From contig CM075997.1 of the NCBI GenBank assembly GCA_038087875.1, positions 6,698,001 through 6,762,000 on the forward strand: DNA of 64,000 nucleotides, written 5' to 3'. Positions within the stretch are counted from its first letter, which is position 1, and the number at the start of each line of letters is the position of its first letter. This document shows positions 12,773-26,692 of the stretch, piece after piece. The stretch is from Malacoraja senta (taxonomy: Eukaryota). A program made the translations under genes and the position numbers. Under the pieces are notes generated by a model. That model did not search any database, had not been told where the DNA came from, and worked only from the letters and a program-made list of their open reading frames with translations.

Positions 12773-12987
12773 ATGCCGCTCTACATTTATTATTGTTCTT
12801 TTCCAAACATGAATCGTCACGCTGGATACAGAAGAGTTTTCCAACAAGAAAAGCAAAGTGATATATTAAAAAAAATGATATGTCTTAAGCGGAAAAGTCA
12901 TAAAATTAAATGATATAAAAACATTAAAGGTTTCGAATCGTTCATACCTCACAACACCAGTGGTCTGAGAAATAAATTTCTGGTTTG

Positions 12988-13927
12988 AATAGACAATAGA
13001 CAATAGGTGCAGGAGTAGACCAATAGGCCCTTCGAGCCAGCACCGCCATTCAATGTGATCATGGCTGATCATCCCCAATCAGTACCCCGTTCCTGCCTTC
13101 ACCCCATATCCCCTAACTCCGCTAGCTTTAGGAGCCCAATCTAGCTCTCTCTTGAAAGTATCCAGAGAACCGGCCTCCACCGTCCTTTGAGGCAGAGAAA
13201 TCCACAGTCTCACAATTCTCTGTGAGAAAAAGTGTTTCCTCGTCTCCGTTCTAAATGGCTTACCCATTATTCTTAAACTGTGGCCCCTGGTTCTGGACTC
13301 CCCCAACATCGGGAACATGTTTCCTGCCTGTAGCGTATCAAAACCCTTAACAATCTTATATGTTTCAATAAGATCCACTCTCAAACTTCTAAACTCCAGC
13401 GTGTACAAGCCCAGCCGCTCCATTTTCTCCGCATATGACAGTCCCGCCCTTCCGGAAATTAACCTTGTAAACCTGTGCTTCACTCCCTCAATAGCAAGAA
13501 TGTCCTTCCTCAAATTAGGGGACCAAAACTGCACACAATAATCCAGGTGAGGTCTCACTAGGGCTCTGTACAACTGCAGAAGGACATCTTTGTTCCTTTA
13601 ATCGACTCCTCTTCTTATAAAGGCCAACATTCATTCGCTTTCTTCACTGCCTTCTGTACCTGCATGCTTACTTTCATAGACTGATGAACAAGGACCCCCC
13701 AGATCCCATTATACTTTCCCTATTCCCAACTTGACGCCATTTAGATAGTAATCTGCCTTCCTGTTTTTGCTACCAAAGTGGATAACCTCAAATGTATCCA
13801 CATTAAACGTTATCTACCATGCATCTGCCCACTCCCCCAACTTGTCCAAGTCACCCTGCATTCTCATAGCATCCTCCTTAAAGTTCACTCTGCCACCCAG
13901 CTTTGTTTCTTCTGCAAATTTGCTAAT
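12988..13927 (-). mobile_element. Second CR1 LINE 3' fragment
   Basis: YRALVRPHLDYCVQFWSP motif and CTATTGT tail; truncated at ISKFA. Confidence 0.92.
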
Positions 13928-14047
13928 GGTCGAAGTACCATGGTCCGATCTATGGTATCGGTTTGATCGTCCATATTTCCATATTTAGTCAAATAGAAGT
14001 TATTTCTAAAGACGTGTTTGAATGAACTGCAGTTACTGGTTTAAACC

Positions 14048-14248
14048 GAAGATAGACACAAAAAGCTGGAGTAACTCATCGGGACAGGCTATATCTCTGG
14101 AGAGAAGGAAGGGGTGGCGTTTCGGGTCGAGACCCTTCTTCGGATAATTTCTTCAGTCTGAAGAAGCGTTTCGCAACTTCACCCATTCCTTCTCTCGAGA
14201 GATGCCTCCAAACGCAATTAGTTACTCCAGCATTTTGTTTCTATCTTC
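14048..14248. repeat. Palindromic (foldback) element with Penelope-terminus-like arms; copies at 29863-30063, 45800-45997, 59964-60164
   Basis: Arms GAAGATAGACACAAAAAGCTGGAGTAACTCA ... TGAGTTACTCCAGCGTTTTGTGTCTATCTTC (best preserved in the later copies), centre TTCTTCAG-T-CTGAAGAA. Confidence 0.8.
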
Positions 14249-15397
14249 TAGTTTATTTCTAAAGTGCTGATATTCTTGAAACAACTTCAAATATGTCATT
14301 AAATCAAAGAATGTCTTCATGTTTTTGTGGGAATTTAAAGGGTGAAGAAAGGCGCGAATGGAAGAACAGGCAAGGATAATGACCGGGAGCGTGGTTGTGC
14401 ACAATTTTCAGCCACTGTTTTCCGATCTGATGCATGTTGTCCCTGAGGTAAACATGCTTCGATGAGATAATTTCGCCCACTGCAGTTTTAATCAGTAATG
14501 CCATATTGCAAGAACGAACATCGGTTATCACAGCCGACCATATTTCAGAAACCAGCCTCCTCCCATGCTATACAGCAAGATAAATTGTAAAGTTGAACCA
14601 CTTTCGTGAAAGACGACGTTTTCATTTACAAGCTATTGGATAATTCATTTGTGTTTTCGATGGAGAGGGATTTCTCGCTGAGGAAGCTTGAGTCGACATT
14701 TTTTCCCCTGCTTCTATGCAAAACATTCAATTCCAATTCACTTTATCTGACACCAGTTTAAAAAAAGTTGTATCAAATGCTACAGTTACCACAGAATGTG
14801 TTGCACTCGTGTCCCAGGCATCAATAACCCTTTGTTGCGGAATTATATTACTGCGATAATCAATTGTCAGCGCTGCGTTCTTTGGTGTAATTTTTGAATT
14901 TAGCATTAATTAGAATATATTAATTATGCATCGGGTGGATAAAACACATTTCCAATGGTCCATTCCTTTTTATAAAATGTTGTATTTACCGTGGAAAAGT
15001 ACACGAATGCCGTTGATTTCAGGAACGCAAAAAGTTATGCCCTGAAGTATATCAACGTGGCGGTGAAGGACGTGCGGGTGTTGGTGAGCGCATAACATTT
15101 GATAAAGTTCATGAACTGACCTGGTGTAAACTAGTAGACTTGGGCAGCAATCGTGGAGACTACCGAGGTCGCGGGAAAAAAATCGACCTTTCTTCGCCAC
15201 GGGGATGGTATTGGAAGACGAGAGCATCAAATACTGTACATTCATTTCACAAGGGTTGCAATCTCAATTCATGGATTTACTGACTACTGAACCTGATATC
15301 AACGACTTGAAAGATACTGGGGATGATTCTAAAGCACACGATTTATTTGTATTTGAAAATCATGGTCTGTTTCGGGACACTTTGAAGCGCAACATTT

Positions 15398-17419
15398 TTA
15401 TTTTTTATTTTTTATTTATATATATTTTTTATTTTTTTATTAGAAGTATTGTACAGTACAGTGATCTCAAACAAACATAAAATTATACATTTCTTGTACC
15501 ACTTCTTATTTTAAACTTTAATAAGAAAAAGGATAGAAAGAGTTAGCAAAGATAGTAAGTGAGTGATTGAAAGAGTGGTCCAAGAACACCCATAGGGACC
15601 TAAACTACAAGAAAGAGTTAAACAAAAGAGGAAAACGAAAAGAAGGAAAAATAAAAAAAAGTAAGATAAGGTAAGACAAGATAAAAGGGATGTACCTACT
15701 TCATATCTTTACTCACCCCTCACCAGGTCCTGAAACCATTTTTTATCGTGGGAGCGTTTTTCCAAAATTTCTGTATAAGTTTTTTTTGCCGTTATTAAGC
15801 CATAATTAAGAAAGCTCCTTTGAAACGAAGTCAGCTCCAAACTGGCTTCGATTGTTCCAAAAATGATCAGTTCTGCATTCGGTTTCAGTTTTATTTTAAA
15901 TAATTTCGTGAACATTTCAAAGATTTCATTCCCAAATTTTTGAATTTTTATACAAAAAACAAAGGAATGTGCTATATTTGCTTCTTGAGTTAGACATTTA
16001 TCACAGATAGAAGAGACATTTGGGTAAAATTTACTTATTTTAGCTTTTGAATAGTATAATCTATGTACGATTTTGAATTGAATTAGAATGTTTCTTACGT
16101 TAATCGAGCATTTATGCACATATAACCAGTGTTTATCCCAACTCTCTTTCGAGATTTTTATAGCTAGTTCTTGTTCCCGATCCCTTCTAATCCTATCAGA
16201 TGATGGCATTTCTATATTTAGGATGGTATTATACAGGTATGATATTAAATTAGTTGATTCCGCTTTTATATTCCTTGTCTCGTCTAATAGGTCTGGAGAC
16301 ATATTTTGATATTCTTGTGTATATTTTTTCAAATAGTCACGTATTTGAAAATATTTAAAATATTGATTACTACTCAAGTTGTATTTAAGTTGTAGTTGGT
16401 GAAATGTTAAAAAACTTCCATTATCATACATATCTCCAAACGTTTTTATTCCTAATCTATCCCAGTGTGTAAACGATTTTTCTATCGTAGAAAGTTTAAA
16501 CGAAGGACTATTCATTATAGGTGAAAGAAGCGATAGATTTCTTAATTTTAAAGTTAATTTTATTTGTTTCCAAATTCTAATTGTACTATGGATAATTGGA
16601 TTTTTACTATATAATGTATTCTTCAATTTTGTTGGTGAGAGAAGGATCGCTCCTATTTTTAAAATAGGAACAATTCTCTCTCTCCATTACTATCCAATCC
16701 ACCTGCTGGGCCGAGTTGTCCAACAGGTGAATCATATTTTTGACATTTGCGGCCCAGTAATAATACAAGAAATTAGGGAGTAATAATCCGCCAAATTCTT
16801 AAGGTTTGCACAAATGTCTTCTTTGAATTCTATGGGATTTATAGTCCCATATACAATTTGTAATATCAGCATCCAGTTAAAAAAAAAATTGGTAAGTATA
16901 TCGGTATTGACTGGAAAAGATATAACATTTGTGGTAAAAAATAATTTTATAGCATTTATTCGGCCTATTAGAGACATCGGGAGAGTCTTGCATAATTTAA
17001 TCAGTATGTTTAGTTTATTGAGTAAGGGCATATAGTTTGCATTAAATAAAGATTTATATTTTCTAGTAATTTCAATTCCCAAATATTTGAATTTTTCTGA
17101 AGCGATTTTAAAAGGGAATTTTAACAGGTGTGTTGGGTCTTGAGGTTTTATCGTCATAATTTCACTTTTATTCCAATTTATTCTATATCCTGAAAAGGAT
17201 CCAAATTCCTCTATTAGATTTAATATATTTGGTATACTGATTTGTGATTTTGTAATATATAATAGTACATCATCTGCATATAATGATATTTTATTATTTG
17301 AGTATTTTGTATTATAACCATGGATGTTCGGATGTATTCTAATAGTTTCCGCTAACGGTTCTATTACAAGAGCAAATAGCAGAGGTGATAATGAACATCC
17401 CTGTCTATTTCCCCTAGAT
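15398..17419 (-). mobile_element. L1-clade LINE, 5'-truncated
   Basis: AT-rich ORF2 C-terminus (LYADD, FKYLGI, CDKC..H..C), A-rich tail at 15398-15440, ~12-bp TSD a(g/a)cgcaacattt at 15386-15397 and 17420-17431. Empty sites at ~47041 and ~61280. Confidence 0.92.
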
Positions 17420-17435
17420 AACGCAACATTTGACT

Positions 17436-17920
17436 AGAGATATTTTGCATGGATTTTTCGTGGACGATTTAGTCTAAAAAATATGATTGTTTCGTTACGG
17501 TCTGATAAGTAGATTGGGGGGGGGGGGGTTGGCGTGAGGAATGGACAGTGTGAACATTTGGAAGACATTTGATAAGATACGCTTCTACAGTATGTTATAA
17601 TACAGGAGATTCACTATTGGACAACAAATTGGATACCCAATTGGCTTGGTGGTTGTGGAGAATTGCTTTGCAGATTGGAGACAAGTAACTACTGCAGTGC
17701 CACAGTGAAGGTGATGCCTCCTTTATTGTTTGTCATGTATATTAATAATTCTTTGGAATAAACTACCGAATTATGTGATATAATTACATCGCTTACATGT
17801 GAGTTCGACTGATGCATTGCGAGGGAATAGGGGAGTGGGACAGGCTGAGTGGAATGGAGTGGGATAGGCTTAGTAACGATCAGGTTCAGCATGCGGATGT
17901 TGCACGAAAGAGTCTGCTGG
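17436..17920 (+). mobile_element. Ancient CR1 RT/3' relic (also ~33400, ~47060, ~61300)
   Basis: Degenerate HGF, FDK, WRPVTTGVPQG and LFVMYIN motifs. Confidence 0.7.
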
Positions 17921-18034
17921 CGTCCGTTTTATTCGACGATACTACAACTATAAATTAATGCCACACTGATAGACCCGCGGGAGCAGAAGAACATGTATTT
18001 TTAAATTTAAGTAACTTGCAGTTAAACGTGCACT

Positions 18035-18949
18035 TTAACTATGAAATTTTCCTTTTAATTGAAACAGATACTTCAGTCCATTCCTCAGCTCTACTCTGAA
18101 TTTTCTCTGTGTAAGTGTGTTTATACACGTGTTGGTGCACATACTGAGTATTTGCAACATAAATCCGAACTGTTGTAGGATATATGTCGGGCTATTCAAA
18201 TACCGGTCTGTATACGAATAATTTTGCATCTGCCAAGTCAGTGAAACTACTACATAAGGTATCCAAAGTAAAATATAATTACTTGATATTGCGAACAACA
18301 AAAACATTGACTTTCTCCTGTTCACCACTTCGGCATCATCCTTAGTGTCGCTGCTGTTCCGAAGTTCTCTGCAGACTTTATTTGACGCTATGATATTTTT
18401 GATCCTTAATCCATTGAACAGCAGAATTAAACAGATTGGTAATAAAGGTGTTAAGATACTATCCAGTATCTCGAATCCTTTCCAGAAAGATGAAATGAGG
18501 TAATCCGTTGTTAAGACGCAGCCCCATGGCACGTTGTCAATTATGACATTAGACCCCATCACGAAGTAAAAGGGAACGCCCCTGGCGCAGCTGACTGCAA
18601 CCACAGTCACCATGACCACAGTTGCAGTTCTCTCTTTGCAGTACCGTTCACGCAACTTTTGACAACAAATTGCTATAAAGCGATCAAAAGTAAAACTGAC
18701 CGTAAGCCATACAGAACATTCCATGGTTATAACGCTCAGTACATTTGTCAGAGAGCATAACGGAGTAATGAGCAAGAAATCAGCATAAGCATATATATAA
18801 TTAGTCTGTTGCACTATTGCACTGATGCACTATTGCAATAACGAAAAGCACCATCAGGTCGGCTGTTGCCATTCCCATCAGATAACGGGTGATGCACTTG
18901 CAGAGTCCGCATTTTCCCCGAGAGAGTATTGCGATCGCAATTGAATTGA
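18035..18949 (-). pseudogene. GPCR paralog, exon 2 only, frameshifted
   Basis: Same acceptor and exon as 47618-48516, but with a 16-nt insertion (gcactattgcactgat, ~18811-18826) in TM2. The exon 1 region is deleted (junction at 19358/19359). Confidence 0.88.
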
Positions 18950-19499
18950 CTGAAAGTAGTTAAGAAAATGAAAAAGTTATGAGTATAAGCAAAAGTGCAC
19001 CTGCATCAAACTTGATCCGTTTTACTTTAGTTCCGCGCGGGAAACATACGCGGAATGGATCTATTCTTTTCCTGATGTTTTGTAGTTCTAGATGGGTGAG
19101 AATCTGAGAGGGGATTTCCAGGACGTCCACGCTCCGCTGCTCAGCTTCACGCGAAGACACATCGGACAGCAGTGACAATTGTGCCGGCTATCTTACGCCA
19201 GTTTGGAGCGGAGCACGTGAAGCCCAGGACCCACATCCTCAGTTACCGAGGCATGATTCATGGTTTGCCTTTAAAAAAATTAAGTAGTATTGATGTTTGC
19301 TCTAAAAGAAACAGACATTGTGTTTCTCAGGGTGTAACATATTTGACAAGGAAACAACGTACCCACCACGATCTGCGTGAACGTTACCCTTGGGCAAAGA
19401 TTAGATAATTCCCGTCTCATCCTCTGTCATTTTATTGTAGACTCCTTTAATCTTTAATTTATATGGCCCTCGCGACTTGATAAACCCCATAATCGCTGA

Positions 19500-20410
19500 A
19501 AGGAAAAAGGCGTCGTGGGAGATCCTGTATTACGAACTTGATCTGCAATTTTTTGAAGAATTAACCGAGACGGCTGACGTGTGCAATGACGTTGACATGG
19601 TCTATATGGACCTAACCAAGGCCGTTGATAAGGTTCTCGGACTGGAGACCTGTGACGACCAATGTGCCTCAGGGATTGGATTTGTGCCGTTTGCTGTTTG
19701 TGGTTTATATCAACGGTTAAGATGCGAGGAGACAAGACATGGTTAGTAAGTTTGTAGATCGCATCATAGTAGGTGATATTGTGGACACCTGAAAAGATTG
19801 TCAAATATAGAAGAACAGCAGGAACCTCATCAACTAAGCAGCTAGGATGAGGATTGGCGGATGCAGTGTGATACAGATAAGTGTGAGGTTTTGCACTTTG
19901 GAAAGACCAACCAGTGCAATTTCTTCACAGTGAATGTGAAGAGTTGTTAAGCCGTGGAATCCAGAATTATTGGTGCGTATTCCATGAACGAGGCGTCATA
20001 TGCAGATATGTTGCAAAATGAGGCCTTTTGTGCATTAACCTTCATTTGTCAGGTTATTGAGTATAGAAAAAAAACAGTACAGTTTTTCATGGTTTTGTTG
20101 TGGCCGCATATTGATGATATTGTCCTGTTTTGGTCAGCCTGCTTAAGGAAGAATACCATTAAGTTGGAAACAATGCAGAGAGAATTTATAACGACGTTGC
20201 TAGGACGCAAGGGCCTGAGATATAGGGATACGATGTGGAAGCTAAGATGTTATTCCTTGTAACGCATGGAGGTTAGTGGTGATATTATAGAACTTATAAT
20301 CATGAGTGAAAAAAAGGGTCAATATACATCATTTTAGCCCGGGGTAGTGGAATCAAGAACTAGTAAACATAGGATTCAGGTGAGATAGTAAACATTTAAT
20401 AGGAAATTTA
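19500..20410 (+). mobile_element. Ancient CR1 relic (also ~35465-36375 and ~50720-51560)
   Basis: FFEELT..VDMVYMDLTKAVDKV, DKCEVLHFGK and LLWPHIDDIVLFWS remnants. Confidence 0.75.
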
Positions 20411-20486
20411 TAGGTTTTACTATAACTGATCTTCCAGCATATCATTCAAACATGTTGGTTTCGAGTGGATGAAAGGACTTGACTAT

Positions 20487-20713
20487 CTCAGTGGGTCAGT
20501 CGGCATCTCTGGAGGATATAGAGAGGCGACGATTCGGATCGGGACGCTTCTTCAGACTCCACCCACTCGTTCTTCAGAGGGAACCTGCTTGAACAAGGGT
20601 CCCGCTCCAAAACGTCGCACAACCATGTCTTCCACAGACGCTGGCTGAGGCGTTGAGTTACTCCAGCACGTTGTGTTCCACGCAAGATTCCAGCGTTTGA
20701 AGATCAGTGTGTC
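20487..20713. repeat. Older palindromic element of the same family; copies at 36451-36677 and 51641-51867
   Basis: ctcagtgggtcag...cttcttcagact and ...gagttactccagcacgttgtgt arms. Confidence 0.7.
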
Positions 20714-21826
20714 GACAATAAGAGGCCGAATCCGTAAACAATTCCCGCGAGCCTTCCACTAACACAACGCAACGTTACTTGTAGACACAGAATGAAACAA
20801 TATTGAAACAGACCCTCGCAGATTTTTCTCTTCTCGCCTTAAATGAGTGTCTTTCACTTTTAGACTTCACGACACCTGAAAAAAGACAGTGAAGGCGCAA
20901 CTTTCCAACGCACCTCGTGACTCCACGTACCTCTTTTAGCTCAACGCCCCAGCCTCCACCGCACCAGGAAAAATGCCGCAGCTTATCCGGCCGCTATTAT
21001 ACTGAAGCCCTCCCGTCCCGGAACCGTCTGTCACAAGATACAAAGAACTTTAGGTGCTGGTTACAAAAACAGACACAACATGCTGGAGTAACGCAGTGGA
21101 CAAGGCAGCATCTCTGCAGTACGTGGATAGATAACGTTTCATGTCATGATCTTTGTTCAGACTGATTGTGGTGGGGTGGAGGATACAATTAGGTTTGTTT
21201 TGAGAGACAGATTAATAAACAGCGGATAGGGATTAAAAAAACAGCCGGTGTAATACAAAATGATTGAATAGTTTTGAATTGCGAGGCGGGGCCAAGTCAT
21301 CCACCAGGCCAGGCTCGAACTCGTCGGACCGAGGACTCGCTCAGCGAGGACGGACGACCCACCCGGAAGGCTCGGCTTGCCCAACGTGGTCTGCGAACTC
21401 GGCCCCGAGGCACTGGCGACGAAGTGACCTCAGCCGCCGAGAGCGCAAAGACCACAAAATGTTGAGAGCGATGTGGGCCATCGGAGCGTGAGGAGGGCCG
21501 TGAGACCGTGAGGGAACAGTCGGAAAACAACTGTGACATCGGAGAGCGCGAAGGGCTGTTGGATAACGAGGGGTACCGTAGGAAAGCCGTCTGAGAGCGA
21601 GGAGGGCCGTCGGAGATCGAGGGGATCGCCGAAAGCGAGGATGGCCGTCGAGAGCGAGTAGCGGCGCCGATAGCGAAGGGAGAACCCGGCAGTGTGGGGG
21701 GGGGGGGATACAGTGTATGGGGGAATGCTGAAGGGGGGAGAGTGAGGGTGCGGGGAGGGGCGTGCAAATTAGGCTGTCTTTATTATATCTATCACCACAC
21801 ACATTATGCATGCTGCACATTCTTTA

Positions 21827-24800
21827 TGTAGTCCATTCCAGATCTGCGTCCCTTCCCTGGACTGCTAGTATAGTTAAGTTAACGCGTCACTGTCTCCCGG
21901 CAGACTTGATGCAGACCACGGGGATGAAAGCATGTAATGTTCCCTCCGCTTGTACTGCAATAAAGACTATGAATTATTACCTCTGTGTATGGGTCTCATC
22001 AATCAACATGGTGTCAGAAAGTATGGAGCCCTTACTCGCCTAGTTTGGTTCCAATTTGTTTTAGTTTGTTTTTTTAGTTTAGTTCGTTTTTCCCTATGGC
22101 TGGTGCACTTCCTAAGCCTGAATCATGTGTATTTGATGGCGACCACGCTGTGCGCTAGCGCATCTTTGAAGAGGTCTTCACCGTGTATATCCGTAAGCAC
22201 ATCAAGTTGCAACGACAGATGTTACGTGATGCAGACCTCACTCTGGAAAGGGCTGAGTATCATTGTCGCGTTGCAGAGATGACAGACTCAATAGACAATA
22301 GACAATAGACAATAGACAATAGACAAAAGACAATAGGTGCAGGAATAGGCCATTTGGCCCTTCGAGCCAGCACCGCCATTCAATATGATTATGGCTGATC
22401 ATCCCAAATCAGCACCCCATTCCTGCCTTCTCCCCATATCCCCTGACTCCGCTATTCTTAAGGACCCTATCTAGCTCTCTCTTGAAAGCATCCAGAGAAC
22501 CTGCCTCCACCGCCATCTGAGGCAGAGAATTCCACAGACTCATCACTCTCTGTAAGAAAAAGTGTTTCCTCGTCTCCGTTCTAAATGGCTTACTCTTTAT
22601 TCTTAAACTGTGGCCCCTGGTTCTGGGCTCCCCCAACATCGGGAACATGTTTCCTGCCTCCAGCGTGCCCAAACCCTTAACAATCTTATATGTTTCAATA
22701 AGATGCCCTCTCATCCTTCTAAACTCCAGAGTGTACAAGCTCAGCTGCTCCATTCTCTCAGCATATGACAGTCCCGCCATCCCGGGAATTAACCTTGTAA
22801 ACCTACGCTGCACTCCCTCAATGGCAAGAATGTCCTTCCTCAAATTAGGGGACCAAAACTGCACACAATACTCCAGGTGTGGTCTCACTAGGGCTCTGTA
22901 GAACTGCAGAAGGACCTCTTTGCTCCTATATTCGATTCCTCTTGTTATAAAGGCCAACATGCAATTCGCCTTCTTCACTGCCTGCTGTACCTGCATGCTT
23001 ACTTTCATAAACTGATGTATTAGGACCCCCAGATCCCGTTGTACTTCCCCTTTTCCCAACTTGACGCCAGTTAGTAATCTTCCTTCCTGTATTTGCTACC
23101 AAAGTGGATAACCTCACATTTATCCGCATTAAAGTTCATCTGCCATGCATCTGCCCATTCCCCAAACTTGCCCAAGTCACCCTGCATTCTCATAGCGTCC
23201 TCCTCACAGTTCACATTGCCATCCAGCTTTGTGTCATCTGCAAATTTGCTAATGTTACTTTGAATCCCTTCATCCAAATCATTGATGTAAACTGTAAAAA
23301 GTTGCTATCCTAGCACCGAGCCTTGCGGTGCCCCACTAGTCACTGCCTGTCATTCCGAAAGGGTCCCGTTATTCCCCACACTTTGTTTCCTGTCTGCCAA
23401 CCACTACTGCTATCCAAATGTGCGGCTATCTCATATTTTATAATTGACTCCAGCATCTTCCCCACCACCGATGTCAGGCTAAGTCGTCTATAATTCCCCG
23501 TTTTCTCTCTCCCGCCTTTCTTAAAAGTAGGATAACATTAGCTACCCTCCAATCCACAGGAATTGATCCTGAGACTATAGAACGTTGGAAAATTATCACA
23601 AATGCATCCACGATTTCTAGAGCCACTTCCAGAAATACCCTGGGATGCAGACCATCAGGCTCTGTGGATTTTCAGCCTTCAGTCCCATCAGTCTATCCAA
23701 CACCTATTCCTGCCTAATGTGGATTTCATTCAGTTCCTCTGTCACCCCAGATCCTCTGTGCACTACTATATCAGGAAGATTGTTTGTGTCCTCCTTAATG
23801 AAGACAGATCCAAAGTACCTGTTCAACTCATTTGCCATTTCCTTGTTCCCCATAATAAATTCACCCTTTTCAGTCTTCAATGGTCCAACTTCGGTCTCAA
23901 CCAATTTTCCCTCTTCACATACCTAAATAAGCTTTTACTCTCCTGCTTTATATTCTTGGCGAGCTTACCTTCGTAACTCTCCTTTTCTCCCCGTATTGTC
24001 TTTTTGGTTATCAACTATTATTCTCACACTAAATCTTTGGGGCCGGGTCCCCACACTGCCTATGATGTAAATGTTGCCGGCACGTTTTTCCAGGCCCGGC
24101 GCCACTCTCCCCAAGTGCCCGGAAGATCCAATGACGGATTTGTTAGTAATTGTGTGAAATGTGGAGGTTCGCATGCAGGCATTCGTGAACAATGCCCGGC
24201 TTGTGGAAAAGTTTGCCGCTACTGTAAACGTTTAAATCACTTCATCCGCTGCTGTTGCTCCCGTGGGAACAGAGCAGAGACAAAGCAGTCTGTGCACCTG
24301 CTATAGCCAGAATCTTCCCAGGTAACTCCCACATCAACCTTTCAGACTAAAGAGGACATGCTGCCTGCTATCGAAGGACAAAGTATAAACATACAATCCT
24401 TGTCAGACTTGTCTTGTAAATGCCGAGATCCCATGGTCACTCTCCTCATTTACGGGATGAGTGATATTGCGAAGCTCGACACCGGAGCTCGTTGAAACGT
24501 TCTGTCCTTATCTGAGCTCCACAGGATTCGGAAAAGCGAGGTCATCAATCAGAGCGCCGCCACGTTACTTCCATTTGTAGCGGTTGCAGTGCACCCTGTT
24601 GGAAGAGTCGCGTTCAAGAGCCACCTAGAGTCACGTGTCTACATTTTGAGCTTCTTTATTGTCCGAGAGAAAGTCACCTGTCTGCTAGGAATAGATGTCT
24701 ATAACGACCTAGGTTTGGTCACCTTCTGTACGGCGGTTCATCAACTGTCTACAACACGCAGCTCTACTGAACAGTTCCTGGAACAATACGGAAATCCCTT

Positions 24801-26690
24801 TGACAACAAGCTTGGCAAGCTTCCCATCAAGTACACGATCACGACCGACCCTGCAGTCCTGCCAGTTGTCCGTCCTGCACACTGGATTGCCCATGCTAAG
24901 CGGGATCGTGTATAATAAGATCTCAACAGAATAAATACTATGGGTGTGATTTCCCCCGCTGTTGACCCATCGGACTTTGTCTCAACCATGGTAGTAGCAA
25001 CAAAAAAGTAATAAGGAAGAAATACGTATTTGTATCAATCCCACAAATTTAAACACGGCCATCAAACGACCACACTGTCCCATGCGCACTGTGGATGATG
25101 TTGCAGTGCAGCTGGGCGAGGCAAAAGTATTGTAAGTTCTAGATGTCAAGAGTTAATTCTGGCAGATTACGTTGGATCCCGACTCTTCAAAGCGAACCAC
25201 TTTCAGCACACCCTTTGGATGCTACAGATTCCTGCGTATGCCGTTCGATATAAACACGGGAAGTGAAGTATTTCAGCGCACCACGGAACAGGTTACCCAT
25301 GCTCTATCATTGTTGATGATATTCTTGTTGCTGAACAAACTGTCCAAGAACACGACGATAATTTAAAGACATTTCTGGACTACACCAAAGCGATCAATCC
25401 CAAGTTCAAACCCCTAAAATGCAAACTCGGAGAGAGCGAGATTCCTTGGTATGGCAAACTACTTGGGGAAATTTATTCCGAATTTCAGTGAACTATCGGA
25501 CCCACTGAACAACGCTACGCTGAGATTGAAAAGGAGCTGCTAGCGATCGTTTTCGCCTGCATGAAGTTTAATGACTTTATCTTCGGAAAAACGGTCACGA
25601 TTGAAACTGACCATCAACCCCTAATCAGCATTCTGAACAAACCGATACACGCTGCTCCAGCGAGACTCCAACGTACAAACTACAACTACAGAATTATGAC
25701 ATTGCTCCAACTTACAAACGTGGCAAAGACATGCACTTGGCTGACACCCTGTCGCGAGCTCCAACAAAGACCTGCGAGAAACCATCCACAGATAATCACA
25801 ATTTCTTTGTCATGACGGTTTCCTATATTCCTTCGTCCTGTTTGGAAGACCTGGCAGACCAGACCGCAGCTGACGACACCTTACGATCGCTCTCCTCTGT
25901 CACACAGCACTGGTGGCCAGACAAACAATACAGTCTACCATTCCCAATGAGGCCCTTCTTTTCCGTTCGTGACGAACAGTAGTACAAGATGGCATTATCG
26001 TAAAGGGCCACTAAGCTGTAATTCCTGCCTCCCTACACAGCAAGTACTTCGATGCTGTCCATTGGAGACATCCAGGCACAGAGACAATCATTCTACGAGC
26101 GAAAATCATGTTTTTCTGGTCTGGTCTGGCCTCTGTGGTATGCAACAGTTTGGCACACCAACAATAGCAGCCACTTCTCTCCCACGCGGTTCCCGACCTC
26201 CCATTGTCCACAGTGGCAACCGACATTTTTAATTGGCATGGCAAACAATACCTGGTTCTAGTCGACTTATTCCGCATGGTTTGAAATTGATCTACTCCGT
26301 AGCCCCATCTCCGCAGCGGTAGTCCAGAAGCTGGAACGCCATTTCTCTGTCCACGGGTCCCGGATCAACTACTATATGACAATGGCAGTGAATTTCCCAG
26401 AGTACTTCAAAATCCCTGCTAAACGCTGGGACTTTGGTCATATCACCAGCAGCCCAGAATACACACAGTCAAACGGGTTGGCTGCTCGTGCGGTAGGAGT
26501 GCCAATCAAGTGATGGAACACCATCCGAAATCCAGCCCAAGCTGCAACAAAAACGATTCGTTCAAAAAAGATGGTATGACAAGACGGGCAGACACTACCA
26601 CCACTAGCCAAGGGACAAGTGGTCCGTCTACAAACAAAAACGGTCAGGGCCGCCTCGGTGTAATATCTGGAACTGCTCCCAAGCCACGTT
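21827..26690 (+). mobile_element. Older degenerate Gypsy (copy 2)
   Basis: Same as copy 1; carries the CR1 insert, lacks the young Gypsy, and has a ~273-bp RT/RNaseH deletion at ~25507. Confidence 0.9.
22289..24021 (-). mobile_element. CR1 LINE (duplicate)
   Basis: Same element and insertion site as 1456-3195. Confidence 0.93.
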
Positions 26691-26692
26691 CA

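Noticed and set aside
18035..18814. 259-aa GPCR ORF as a functional short receptor
   Set aside because: The ORF start is a by-product of the 16-nt insertion; it lacks TM1 and most of TM2, and exon 1 is deleted.
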